From Haliotis rufescens (taxonomy: Eukaryota): a stretch of DNA of 64,000 nt. The notes below the pieces were generated by a model, which ran no database searches, was not told the origin of the DNA, and saw only the letters and a list, made by a program, of their open reading frames with translations. The stretch spans positions 13,888,001-13,952,000 of the forward strand of contig NW_025963857.1 of assembly GCF_023055435.1 (NCBI RefSeq), in the 5' to 3' direction. Made by a program: the position numbers and the translations under genes. This document shows positions 1-12,300 of the stretch, in pieces; position 1 is the first letter of the stretch; the number at the start of each line of letters is the position of its first letter.

Positions 1-1040
1 ACAGACCTAAGACAGCTCACCACCGTCTCACCATTCCATGGATTGTAACAGACCTAAGACAGCTCACCACCGTCCCACCATTCCATGGATTGTAAGAGAC
101 CTAACATAGCTCACCACCGTCTCACCATTCCATGGATTGTAGCATAACTAAGATAGCTCACCGCCGTCTCACCATGCTTTGGATTGTAACAGACCTAAGA
201 TAGCTCACCACCGTCTCACCATTCTACGGATTGAGGCATAACTAAGATAGCTCACCGCCGTCTCACCATTCTTTGGATTGTAACAGACCTAATATAGCTC
301 ACAACCGTCTCACCATTCCATGGATTGTAAACACCTAAAAGACAGCTCACCACCGTCTCACCATTCCATGGATTGTATCAGACCTAACATAGCTCACCGC
401 CGTCCCACCATTCCATGGATTGTAACAGACCTAACATAGCTCACCGCCGTCTCACCATTCTTTGGATTGTAACAGACCTAACATAGCTCACCGCCGTCTC
501 ACCATTCTTTGGATTGTAACAGTCCTAAGACAGCTCACCACCGTCTCACCATTCCATGGATTGTAACAGACCTAAGACAGCTCACCACCGTCTCACCATT
601 CCATGGATTGTAACAGACCTAAGACAGCTCACCACCGTCCCACCATTCCATGGATTGTAAGAGACCTAACATAGCTCACCACCGTCTCACCATTCCATGG
701 ATTGTAGCATAACTAAGATAGCTCACCGCCGTCTCACCATGCTTTGGATTGTAACAGACCTAAGATAGCTCACCACCGTCTCACCATTCTACGGATTGAG
801 GCATAACTAAGATAGCTCACCGCCGTCTCACCATTCTTTGGATTGTAACAGACCTAATATAGCTCACAACCGTCTCACCATTCCATGGATTGTAAAGACC
901 TAAAAGACAGCTCACCACCGTCTCACCATTCCATGGATTGTATCAGACCTAACATAGCTCACCACCGTCTCACCATTCCATGGATTGTATCAGACCTAAC
1001 ATAGCTCACCACCGTCTCACCATTCCTTCGATTGATACAT
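1..1040. repeat. 47-bp minisatellite with a 565-bp (12-unit) higher-order repeat; truncated by the window start
   Basis: Unit ACAGACCTAAGACAGCTCACCACCGTCTCACCATTCCATGGATTGTA; variant pattern recurs with period 565. Confidence 0.95.
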
Positions 1041-1769
1041 ACCTCAGATAATTCAGTACTACCTCACCATATATTCACATCTATGTCCCTCCTTGTTTGT
1101 TTTTGATTAGTTGTTAACGCCGTACACAACAACTTCCAGCTTTATGACGACAGGCTGTAAATAATCGAGTATGGAAGGATAATCTAGTGATTGATATCAT
1201 GAGCATCGAACCACTAAAACTGTGTTTGTGAGTGTTCTAATCTTTCGCCGGTGTAACTGTACTCACTGAACCCATAGACAATGGTTTCCAGGAACTAACA
1301 TTCTCCTTTCACAAGCCTAAGAGTTGATGCCGACGGCATACTTTGTCCGATGTCATTGTTGAAAGGCAGAAAGCACCTGCACTTAAAATGTTAATAACTT
1401 CCACACTGGTCTTGAGGTAAAACTCCACTATACGGTCTAAATAAGAAGGTGTTAATGGGTTGCTGAAGACCTATTCTATTAAATATAAGTCGTTTACATG
1501 TTGGGAATGGTCAACAATGTTTCAAAGGTATCACGGCGGTCGACTAAGAGTAACCGTAACGGCTGAATTCTAAGTGTGGAACCGAACCCAGGTGGTCTGG
1601 CTAGCGAGGACACTAACCACTAGGCTAACCACCAGTTACATACAAAGGTTGTGAGAGTCGAACTTTGTTTTCTGTCCAATGAAAACATTCTGTCAAAAGC
1701 TAGACCTATTTTGTTAATATTCGCGAAATTTAATACGTCTGCAAACAATCCGCCTTTCTAGTGCCTAAC

Positions 1770-1998
1770 GACCCGTGAAGATCCGGGGTAGAATAGGTCT
1801 TCAGCAACCCATGCATGCCGTAAAAGGCGACTATGCTTGTCGTAAAAGGCGACTAACGGGATGGGGTGGTCAGGCTCGCTGACATGGTTGATTCATGTCA
1901 TCTATCCCAATTGCGTGGATCGATGCTCATGATATTAATCACTGGATTGTCTGGTCCAGACTCGATTATTTACAGACCGCCATCATATAGCTGGAATA
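1770..1998 (+). mobile_element. Retroposon family A (no tRNA head), 3'-shortened copy with TSD
   Basis: Starts GACCCGTGAAGATCC; flanked by TCTAGTGCCTAACG direct repeats. Other copies near 3180, 10527, 17229, 19335, 20231, 23055, 27460, 30968, 31333, 32180, 37080, 44757, 47864, 49787, 50592, 51872, 52178. Confidence 0.85.
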
Positions 1999-2551
1999 TC
2001 TAGTGCCTAACGTACAAGCGTGTGCCACACACGTTACGTAAAGATGTTCAAGCGCTAGGCTGGTTCACAAACACGTGTAAGCCCCAGTTCTAAAAGGCAA
2101 ACACGTTCTGCCGAAATAAAGACGGATCGCTGACGCGTTGGCAAAAGCACCTTCCAGTGACACTAAGGATTGGGCGGAGAGGGAAATCTTACACTTAAAC
2201 CTCATTAATGTCACACGGACCGAGCTGACGATGACGGCTTCTTGAACAAAGACCGTATTCAACGCTCCTCAGCATCGTTCTTCTTCAAACACAATCAATC
2301 CAGTGGTTTTTCCTTCGTTAATTTGCAGTAAGTTTTACTCAAAGGGATGAGGAACAATGTTGGCCTGCGTTAACGCCTGTTTACCCCGGCATGTTATATG
2401 CAACGTTCGTGCTCACTGCGTCTGTGGCCAACCTTCACAAAAAACGTCCACCAAGAGGGATGCAATGCAGTACGACACCACGGATAAGTACACAAGTTAC
2501 TTATTGTCTTCTAGAAATAATACAGCTATTGACCTTTATCACTTTAAATCT

Positions 2552-2713
2552 GGGGCGGTCGGGTAGCCTAGTGGTTAAAGCGTTCGCTCGTCACGCCGAA
2601 GACCCAGGTTCGATTCCCGACATGGGTACAATGTGTGAAGCCCATTTCTGGTGTCCCCCGCCATGATATTGCTGGAATATTGCTAAAAGCGGCGTAAAAC
2701 CATACTCACTCAT
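2552..2713 (+). mobile_element. tRNA-derived SINE family B (~165 bp)
   Basis: A box TAGCCTAGTGG, B box GGTTCGATTCC, (CTCA)n tail, TSD TCACTTTAAATCT. Other copies near 20040, 41955, 43898, 61781, 62875. Confidence 0.9.
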
Positions 2714-4448
2714 TCACTTTAAATCTCACGTTGTTTTACAGAATGCAGTGCATCGCGGAGGCCTGTAAATAATGAGGTCTGGTTGATTGAGTTTAACATG
2801 GCTTTTATCAATATTGCAGCAATTACTTTTGCACTTGGGCGAGACTTCCTTGCTGGTTTTGCTCATTGTGGAACAGACACGCCTACTCGTGCCACAGAAA
2901 ATATTGACAAGCTTGGGTACATTTGTGTATTCCGATTGTGTTTGTGGTGCATTTCAGTACAAAGACATATCCCAGACTAACGCTTAGTCTCTGAAACTAG
3001 ATATGTTTGATACAAACAAGCAACTACATGCAGGTGTAAAAGGAGCCCCAATAAGATTAACGTGGGGGAAATCTAGACTTGCTTCATCTATTTATAGAAT
3101 TAGAGTAATGGCTTGGCGAAAAGGAAAATAATATCATCCTGGTACTGTGAGACAAAGAAATCTCACCGTGTACATATATGTTGCTTGTTTGTTTATTGTC
3201 AAACGCCGCACTCAGCAATAATCCAGGTATACGAAGGCGGTCTGTAAATAATAGTGTCTGGACCAGACAATCCAGTGATTGACATCATGAGCATCGACCT
3301 AAGCCATTGGGATACGATGACATGCATCAACCAAGTCAGCGAGCCTGACCACCCGATCCCGTTAGTCGCCTGTTACAAGAAGCAAGGGTTGCTGAAGACA
3401 AATCAAATTAAATAACCTCAAACAAACACGTAACATTTGAAACATTGTTCCAAAAAAGTGAGAAAAATGTCCAAAGGATATTATGCATTGGGAACACAGC
3501 AGGAAGTAGAAATAAAGTATACCTCAGAAACTTTTGAATATGTTATTAGAAATCATATTTCAAATGGAGACTTGTTGCAATAAAGAGCTAAATCTCTGGA
3601 GGAGTTTATGCATTCGGAACAGCATTGGAATAGAAATAAAATATACCTCGGATTTATGTTCCCCGTGTGTTTTTTAGGTGAACAATTGACCTGACTTTGC
3701 ATGTGTTTGTGACTGGTGTCACCGATGGGCAGGATACGCCCACCTTTTCGCGAACACCTGGTATCATTACTATTTGATAGGGATTCATATACACATGCTC
3801 AAGATATAGTCGGAAACGTACAATCGACTCTGCTTTATGCAGAGATTTCTATTGGATATGGAAAGGGTTTTGTCGCTTTATTTAGATGTTTTTGAAAATC
3901 AAATTTGAAATGGAGACTGCTCCCAGTTTAATGTATAACACTGTACAACGTCCCTTTCGGCCCTAGTACCTGGTTGAGCAACGATCCATGGTGTCGGGAT
4001 ATGGTGAGGCGGGATGAGCACGGTCCCAAACACTGTAGCTAGCCATCCATTTCCGTCATGTCTCAAATACTTGCACCCTTTATGAGACTCCAAGGGGACA
4101 TAATCCAATGTTTGAAAATAGAGAGAGTGAGTTGGGTGTAACCTGTACACATCGTCAAAGTATCGCACCACCATGATTTTTTTTACAATCAGAAAAGAGA
4201 TGGGCAAGGAGAAACTGGAAAGCGAATAAAAAGTGTTACTAGCAGTCAAATAAGATGTTAATTTTATGAATAATAGGAAAAATGAGCATTTGCAAGAAAA
4301 AAAAGCAACTTTATTCGCCAGCGACTATATTGACTGTACTTAGGGATGAATAGAGGCAGTATAACTGTCAGGAATGAGATGGACGATCAACAGGTACGTG
4401 TCGTAGGAAGGCTGTACCCATGTCACAGTTAAATGATCAACAGTCAAG

Positions 4449-5030
4449 TCAATGCCTGGTGTAGCAGCCCCGCACACGGATCAGATCCAAATGGCTTCTC
4501 GTGTTCAGAATAAGACGCTTGATCCTCACTGAGGGTTGTGTTGCCAAACCTGATGCAATGCCTGGGTCAATTCTTGGAGATTCTGTACCGGACGGTCCCT
4601 GGCTCTGACCATACGTCCCAACTGATCCCATGGATGCGCGATTGGATTCAGGTCTGGCCTTCGAGAAGGCAAGGTCAGGACGTAGGGCAAGAGCATAGTT
4701 TTCAAAATGAGACACAGCAAAACCGTCCACTATGGTACCTTGAGACCTTTGTCCATTTAATTAATGTCCCTTGAACTATGACCAAATCAAGTTTACAATC
4801 AAAGGAGTTAACACCCCCACACCATCACCATATGCCACTGTGTCCTGCGTGTTGCACTGATAAGATGCTCCTCTTTGCCACCAGACACGAGACCTACCAT
4901 CAGTGTGGTGCAATAAAAACCGAGTCTCGTCAGACAAATGAATAGTCATCCATGACCTCTAGATCTACAGTTCTCGAGCCTGACACCAGGCTTAACTGAG
5001 AGGAATGGACGTTTTATTGGTCTGACCCTT
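4449..5030 (-). pseudogene. Decayed Tc1-family DDE transposase fragment
   Basis: Frameshifted remnants VMVWGG, PDLNPIAHPWDQLGR, QNLQELTQAL..W, RGCYTRH* match Tc1 motifs (SPDLNPIEHLW; GGHTRY). Confidence 0.85.
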
Positions 5031-5545
5031 AATCCTGGATCATTTCCAGCCTAGCTCGACATAATGTACCCAGTCAACAAAGACATTTTCTCTGATTAGT
5101 AAGCTGCTTTGAAAAGGATTTTCAATTGTCACCGATTTAATGTGAAAGATCGTAATCAGGGCGAATCTGGGCTTTGAACCATCATCGAATTGTGGCCCAC
5201 ACAAGGAATTAACTCGCTCAAATGAAAAAAAAAAATATTTACAGAGTTCTATCAAATTTAAGTCACCATCAGTGTTTTTACAGTTGTTAATGTGTTTGTG
5301 AACTGGACAGTGGTAGTGTTTTTTAACTATGGCAATGTTGGTGTTGACGAACTGTGGCAAAATAGGCGTTTGTAAACATTGGCATTCATAGCTTATAAAT
5401 TCTCAAGGAAGTTAGTTGTATTAACCATGGTGCTGTTCCATGAATTGATGTTCACAGGCATTTAACCTTAATGTACAGGTCCTGCATGAATTAAACAAGG
5501 AGTGCTGCAGTAAAAACAATGAAGCCATGATTCGGTTTACTTACA

Positions 5546-5551
5546 TTTATT
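5546..5551 (-). terminator. Probable SF3B3 polyadenylation signal AATAAA (3' UTR ~0.8 kb)
   Basis: tttatt on the plus strand ~780 nt downstream of the stop. Confidence 0.55.
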
Positions 5552-6324
5552 GATCAATTTACATATGCAACATTTCCAATGTAACAATGTTAAATTTACA
5601 CAGATGATATCTGCATGATTATTTACACATGACCTTATTCAGAGATGTCAACTCAAGTAGATACAACTGAAGGTCATACAATATTTTGAAGCAACAACTT
5701 CGACCACAGAGATAAGTGCCCTTTTCGACAAAGCCATAATAGTACTATCACAGCTCCCATGATCTAACAATCGTAGGGAGCCGTAGTGCTAAAATTGCTT
5801 TGTAGGAATAAGGTCCCAGAAAATATCTTATCCAAATGATCTTGTCAACATGAAAGTTAATGATGCTGATGTGATGTGAAAGTCATGATATAAGTCCTGT
5901 ATCAAAGGCAGTGGTAATTTCAGGTACAAAATAAACAACTATGTACAACAAATGATTCAGGATGCAATTTCTTGGTGGACTCTCAGGCAGTAATTTGCAA
6001 TGAGTCCATATTCCATGCTGTAGTTGGCAATATACAGCTGTATCAACATGTCCATTCGGGTCAAGTTTATCAGACAAGTCAGAGGTTCATAGTGTCTTAT
6101 ATCATCCACATTTGGATACATTGACAGAATCAGCCGGTACATATCTGAGTGTAGGTCTTTCTGGTGGTTACTCATTCCAGTATTATTCACACAGAAGACA
6201 TGTGATCATCCATTCCCCATATGGTCGCTTCAGTGTTCTGAGTCCAATGAACACACTGATTCACTCTCCTCATTGTAGGCTGTCTGTAGGCACACGCCAT
6301 GTCACACGGTACAGAATATCTCTC

Positions 6325-6369
6325 CTAGAAAGCATATCGTGTTCGGATATCTTCAAGTTTCTTGGACAC
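6325..6369 (-). CDS. SF3B3: SF3B3 coding exon 26 ([14 protein letters not shown])
   Basis: CAG acceptor; TAG stop at 6325-6327. Confidence 0.95.
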   Translation of the reverse strand: MSKKLEDIRTRYAF

Positions 6370-9300
6370 CTGAAAATATGACAAGTATTCAACATCATTA
6401 AACATGTGTCCAAAAATGTAATCTGACAACCTACGTGAAATCTTTGATCCTAAAACTCAATAAGCTGTCGAAGACATGGAGGTCCCAGCAGAGTCGTCCC
6501 TATCGTCTAGGACTACAGATAACACTTTAGGTGTTCCAGGGAACTTGACCAAACATCCCACTTCATTTAAACAAGGTACCTGGTTGTCCTGAAATCCAAT
6601 ACCCATGAAACTGATAAGGAAATCCCTCCTGTTATGGTGGCATGTTACTGAGTCTGGTGATTGGCTACCCTCAAATCTGAACAATACATCTGAACACTCA
6701 GGCTTCAAACAAGACCAGTATGGAAATTACTAGTTGGTGTTCATATTTTTTAGGATTCCAACGACCAAGTTATCAACGTTCATATTAAAATAGCACTAAT
6801 TACTAACTTGTCAAAGGGTGACAGGCAATATAGTTTAAATCACTAATTACTAACTTGTCATATGGTGACGGGCAATATAGTTTAAAGCAGTAATTACTAA
6901 CTTGTCAAAGGGTGACAGGCAATATAGTTTAAAGCACTAATTACTCACTTGTCATATGGTGACAGGCAATATAGTTTAAAGCACTCATTACTAACTTGTC
7001 AAAGGGTGACAGGCAATATAGTTTAAAGCACTAATTACTTACTTGTCATATGGTGACGGGCAATATAGTTTAAAGCACTCATTACTAACTTGTCAAAGGG
7101 TGACAGGCAATATAGTTTAAAGCACTAATTACTAACTTGTCATATGGTGACGGGCAATATAGTTTAAAGCAGTAATTACTAACTTGTCAAAGGGTGACAG
7201 GCAATATAGTTTAAAGCAGTAATTACCAACTTGTCAAAGGGTGACGGTCAATATAGTTTAAAGCACTAATTACTAACTTGTCATATGGTGACGGGCAATA
7301 TAGTTTAAAGCACTAATTACTAACTTGTCAAAGGGTGACAGGCAATATAGTTTAAAGCAGTAATTACCAACTTGTCAAAGGAGGACAGGCAACATAGTTT
7401 AAAGCACTAATTACTCACTTGTCATATGGTGACAGGCAATATAGTTTAAAGCACTCATTACTAACTTGTCAAAGGGTGACAGGCAATATAGTTTAAAGCA
7501 CTAATTACTAACTTGTCAAAGGATGACAGGCAATATAGTTTAAAGCACTAATTACTCACTTGTCATATGGTGACAGGCAATATAGTTTAAAGCACTAATT
7601 ACTAACTTGTCAAAGGGTGACAGGCAATATAGTTTAAAGCACTAATTACTAACTTGTCATATGGTGACAGGCAATATAGTTTAAAGCACTCATTACTGAT
7701 TGTCACATGACAAGCAAATGTTAACAAATCACCCAAATCAGCCACCAAAGGACTTGATTTTACTCACCTCACTGGGGGTTCTCTCCAGCTCCTCCGCCAC
7801 ACTCTTCTGTTTGCTGGCTTCCATGGAATTGAACATCTCACACAGGTCGCCATCGATCACATTCTGAAACAACACAACAATGATGAGGCCCAGATTGGTT
7901 AAATATATGCCTCTGTCAGCTACATTCCACCTCAGCTTTAGTACTGGGTATTGGCCTCACCTTCGTATTGCAACTTATTGCAATAATGATTCATGTACGT
8001 ACCACGTATTCATACGTACCACAATATATTGCATGCATTCTTTCATCTGTAATATTTTAATGAATTGTCAAATACTGTTTCCTGGCTTTTGGTGGAGTAA
8101 GTAGTGATTCACACTCGTGATGGTTCAAGTTTGCCTTTGTGATTGAGTGAGTGAATGAGTGAGTTGTGTTTAACGCCGCTTTTAACAGTATTCCAGTTAT
8201 ATCGTTGCGTGTCAGCTTAATGTGGGAGGAAAGCCCGAAGTGATGCAGGTCTCGGACGTTTACCACTTCGGCAAAACCCACGAGCATGGGTATGGTGCTG
8301 ACAAACCTAGAAACATAATCGGGGCGAACCGGGATTCGAACCCTCAACCATAGGTTTCTGGTGTGCCCAAGGGACCCTTTGTAAGTGAATGTTTTCGAAA
8401 AATCTGGAGCATACAAACCAGTGTTTGATATAATGAAGGTATCCCAATCCGGACTTGTACAGGCACCCACACACACATACGCATGCACATCCAGTTTTGC
8501 CCTTTAATCTTGAACCTCATTATCTTCCTGAGGCAAGGGAGTTAACTGACCATAAAAGTTCAGTTTCCACCCTTGCCGGACTAGGCTGGAATTATGGAGT
8601 TATATTTTGGCTAGACTAAAGAGTCTATGCATAGTCCAATCAAATTTGAGTAACGAAATCAACATCCAGTTCGTAAACTGCCATGCAGATTTCCGTCGAT
8701 TGCAGGATTTGTAAGGCATGTGTACCGTCAACTTAGCATCAACAGATACTTTACAAATCGTTTCATGTTTTTAATCAAGGTGCTCACATGATTTGATGCA
8801 CTATTTCGAGTTAGACCCGTTTTGTTACAATATAGATCTTGATTATCGATCCTGTTGTCTTCACTGATCGCCGCCATTTTATATGAAGCAAATGCAAGTA
8901 ATATCAGGGGTGGAATTTGATAGGTCAATAGGAGGGACATAGAAGGGACATAACACGTAATAGCCACTACGATCAAACCCACAAATTCCAGCCTATTTTG
9001 GCAAGGGTGGAAACTGAAGATCTGTGGTCAGTTAACTCCCTTGCCTCGGGAAGATGCACCTCTCCACAACCACACTGCCAAGACGCCGATTGTAGCTTGT
9101 GCCTGAAGGCGCACTGCTGCATCCACCGATACCTTACCTTGACTGGATAGTAGTAGGATCTGTAAGCCAGGTGGTCCCGGCCACACAGAGGGGGGTACTC
9201 TGAACGCATGTACATCTCAAGATGTTGGAAAAAGTCGTGGTCCTGCAATATGGCAAGTTTGCATTTAGTTACATCATTTAATATCAAGGTAGGAGAGAAG

Positions 9301-12300
9301 AGTGAACGTGAGGACTACTGCCAGTTTGATTTGAACAGTATTACAATAGTATGAAGACCTGTGAGCTTAATGAGGGAGATATGTAATCATAATTCTTACA
9401 AATTTCAGATTCTAACACACCAAAAGTACTCTGGCACAGCTAAGGGACAACTCGGCAAAGCGACTTTTAGACTTAATAGCTGGGATATCCCTGTCCTCCA
9501 GAAAGGAGTGAGTAAGTGAGTAAGTTGGGTTTAAGCCGCTTTTAACAGTATTCCAGTTATATCACGGCCTGTTTACTTCAGTGAAACTCACGAGCACAGG
9601 TATGGTGCTGACAAACCTAGAAACAATCGGGGCGAACCCGGATTCAAACCCACAATCATAGGTTTCTGGCGTGTCCAAGGGATGCAACTCTGCACAGCCA
9701 TTTGCGGCGCCTTAGACAAATGATCCACCCGGCCACACTCCAGAATGGAAGGGACACAGACAGGTCATTATTCACACAATGTTTTATTCTAATGTAAGGA
9801 ATAACAAAACATACACAGATGACTCAAGAGGTTTAAGAGGTCTAAGTCGGAAAACCAAAACCCCCAAAAGCTTTCTACCAGTTTGTGAACTTCTGTTTTC
9901 ATTTTAAAGAAGAAAGATTGATTTCATGATCTGGGCACAGCCTAAGAAGCCCAAGTTTAGCTACCTCGTGCGATGTGAAGGGCACCAGCATGCCGATAGC
10001 ACCAGACAGGGTAGTGTAGACCAGAGACTCTGACCCCCCCGGGATCAACGTGGCCTTCTGGAGGGACGTCACAACCTCACCAACATGGAAGTTGGCAACT
10101 ACGTCAGCCTGGAACACACAAGAGGACAAATTTACTATCGGTATGTGATAACTGTCAATGTAATAAGAGATGAGGTGAGGTGAAATGGGTTTTAACGTAG
10201 TATCCAAGATTATTGCACTTATATAGCGACGTGTGTGCACGTGTGTGTGTGGCTGCTTGTACTAGCCCACTGAGATACCATGGCACAGTTTAACATGAAT
10301 ACCCCACTCAGATACAGTATGACTTCGAGCCGACCAGTCCTTGTTTTAGCCGAGCCACAGACAGGGTAACAATATGTACCATCTTTTAACATCTTTTGGT
10401 ATGACGCAGCCGGGGATCAAACCCCAGACCTTCCACTCTCCTGGCAGACGCTCTACCACTAGACCAAGGAGGCGGTCCAATGTAATAACTGTTTTTAGCT
10501 GGCTAACATTAGACAAAATAAATCTTTGTTTGTTGTTTAATGCCGCACTCAGCAATATTCCAGCTATATGACAGCGGTCTGTAAATAATCTGAGTCCCGA
10601 CCAGACAATCCAGTGACTGACATCATAAACATCATTCCACACAATTGGGATCGATGACATGCATCAACCAAGTCAGCGAGCCTGACCACCCAAATCCTGT
10701 TAATCACCTCTTACAACAAGCATAGTCGCTTTTAACAGCAAGCATGGATTGCTGAAGATCTATTTTACTCCAGATCTTCACGGGTCCAAAATACCATCTG
10801 TCAAACACAATACATCTGTAGTACGTTGGTTGTGCATAGAAGAACACTGGGGATCAGCATCACAGGTTGTAATCATTGATTCAGGTGAAACACGGAAAAC
10901 ATCATCTCCACAGTGAAATCTTTAATCTCAAGTTATGTCCACCATGTGGCAACGTCTCACCTTCTGTGAGGCACCATTCAGCAGTCCTCTGTCCCAGAGA
11001 GCCTTGTTCCCTGTCGGGTCCTCGTCCACCTCGTCAGACACATCCGCGGGAAGCCGCACCTGCAACAGTCAATCAGTTGGATTCAATGCTCCTTTGAAGG
11101 GTATTTCAGTTACATCCAGTGAACTGCATGTGGAACGAAAATTAAAGAGATGAAGTTCCACCATTTTTACCACATTAATGAAAAATATGAGAATATGTTA
11201 CCATCAAAACCAAGAAATATCACCAAGAGTAAATCTGGGAATAGCATCCACGGTAAGTTTCACCGCAACACAAAGAAATGGGGAGAAGGGAGAAAGGACA
11301 AGATAGGCAGCTGGGGACCCACATTCTTAACCAGAATCCTCATGGGGAGACAAGCTTAGGTTAGTGACCCATATCCTTCTTGCCCACTATGGCTAAAAAA
11401 AAATCAGACAGAGTACACATTGTAAACGATTCTCAGTTTAGTTAGCTTTGGGGACTGGGCATCCCATCTGAAAGCGTGTCTTTCCAATGTGGAGCTAAAG
11501 TATTGCCATATTCTGCCTCAATGTTACCCTGTTCAACATAGGATATTAACCATATTTTGCATGAACTGTGGTCACACATACTCAAACCAGGTGCCCATTA
11601 TATGCATTTTCTGCCCCAACATCCCCAGTTTCAAGAAATGTGACTGAGGTTATTATAAGAAATATCACACATGACGACCACTTGATATCCAAGTTGAACA
11701 AATTTGCAACAATCATTTGGATGCATTGGACCTATTCTGACCCAGGTTTGAAACATGTTCACAAAGTATCGTACGTACTGAGGTTAGACATACTTCCAAC
11801 CAATTACCTGTCTGAACTGAACACTACTAGAGTATTTACAGAAGTGTGGATCAGCATCACAGGTTGTAATCATTGATTCAGGTGAAACAGGGAAAACATC
11901 ATCTCCACAATCTATCCTTTCTCCAGCAGTTTTATTGTCAACATGGAATGCAAAACTCCAATTATAACAATCACAATATTGCCAAACATGTTTGCACCAG
12001 TCTACAAGTTTAGGTTGGGGACCTGAATTTTTACAAGGAATCCCAATGGGGAGACACGCATAGAATGCTTGGAACCTATACTCTTACCCGGAATCCCCAC
12101 AGTGAGACTAGCATCGGTTGGCTGGGGACTATATTCTTAACAACAATCTCCACAGGGAGACAAGCACAGGTTGGGGGCCTATGTTTATACCCAGAAACCC
12201 GACAAAGGGAACAGACAATCAGACCGTACACATTGTAAATGATTCCCAGGTTAGTCAGCTTTGGGCAGTAAGAATCCATTCTGCTCCAACATCCATCCCT

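Noticed and set aside
2552-2626. tRNA-like sequences (also at 43898, 61781, 48884 and elsewhere)
   Set aside because: SINE heads: no proper acceptor stem, and followed by SINE body, tail and TSDs
1-7697. CRISPR-like regular repeats
   Set aside because: No unique spacers, no cas genes, eukaryotic context
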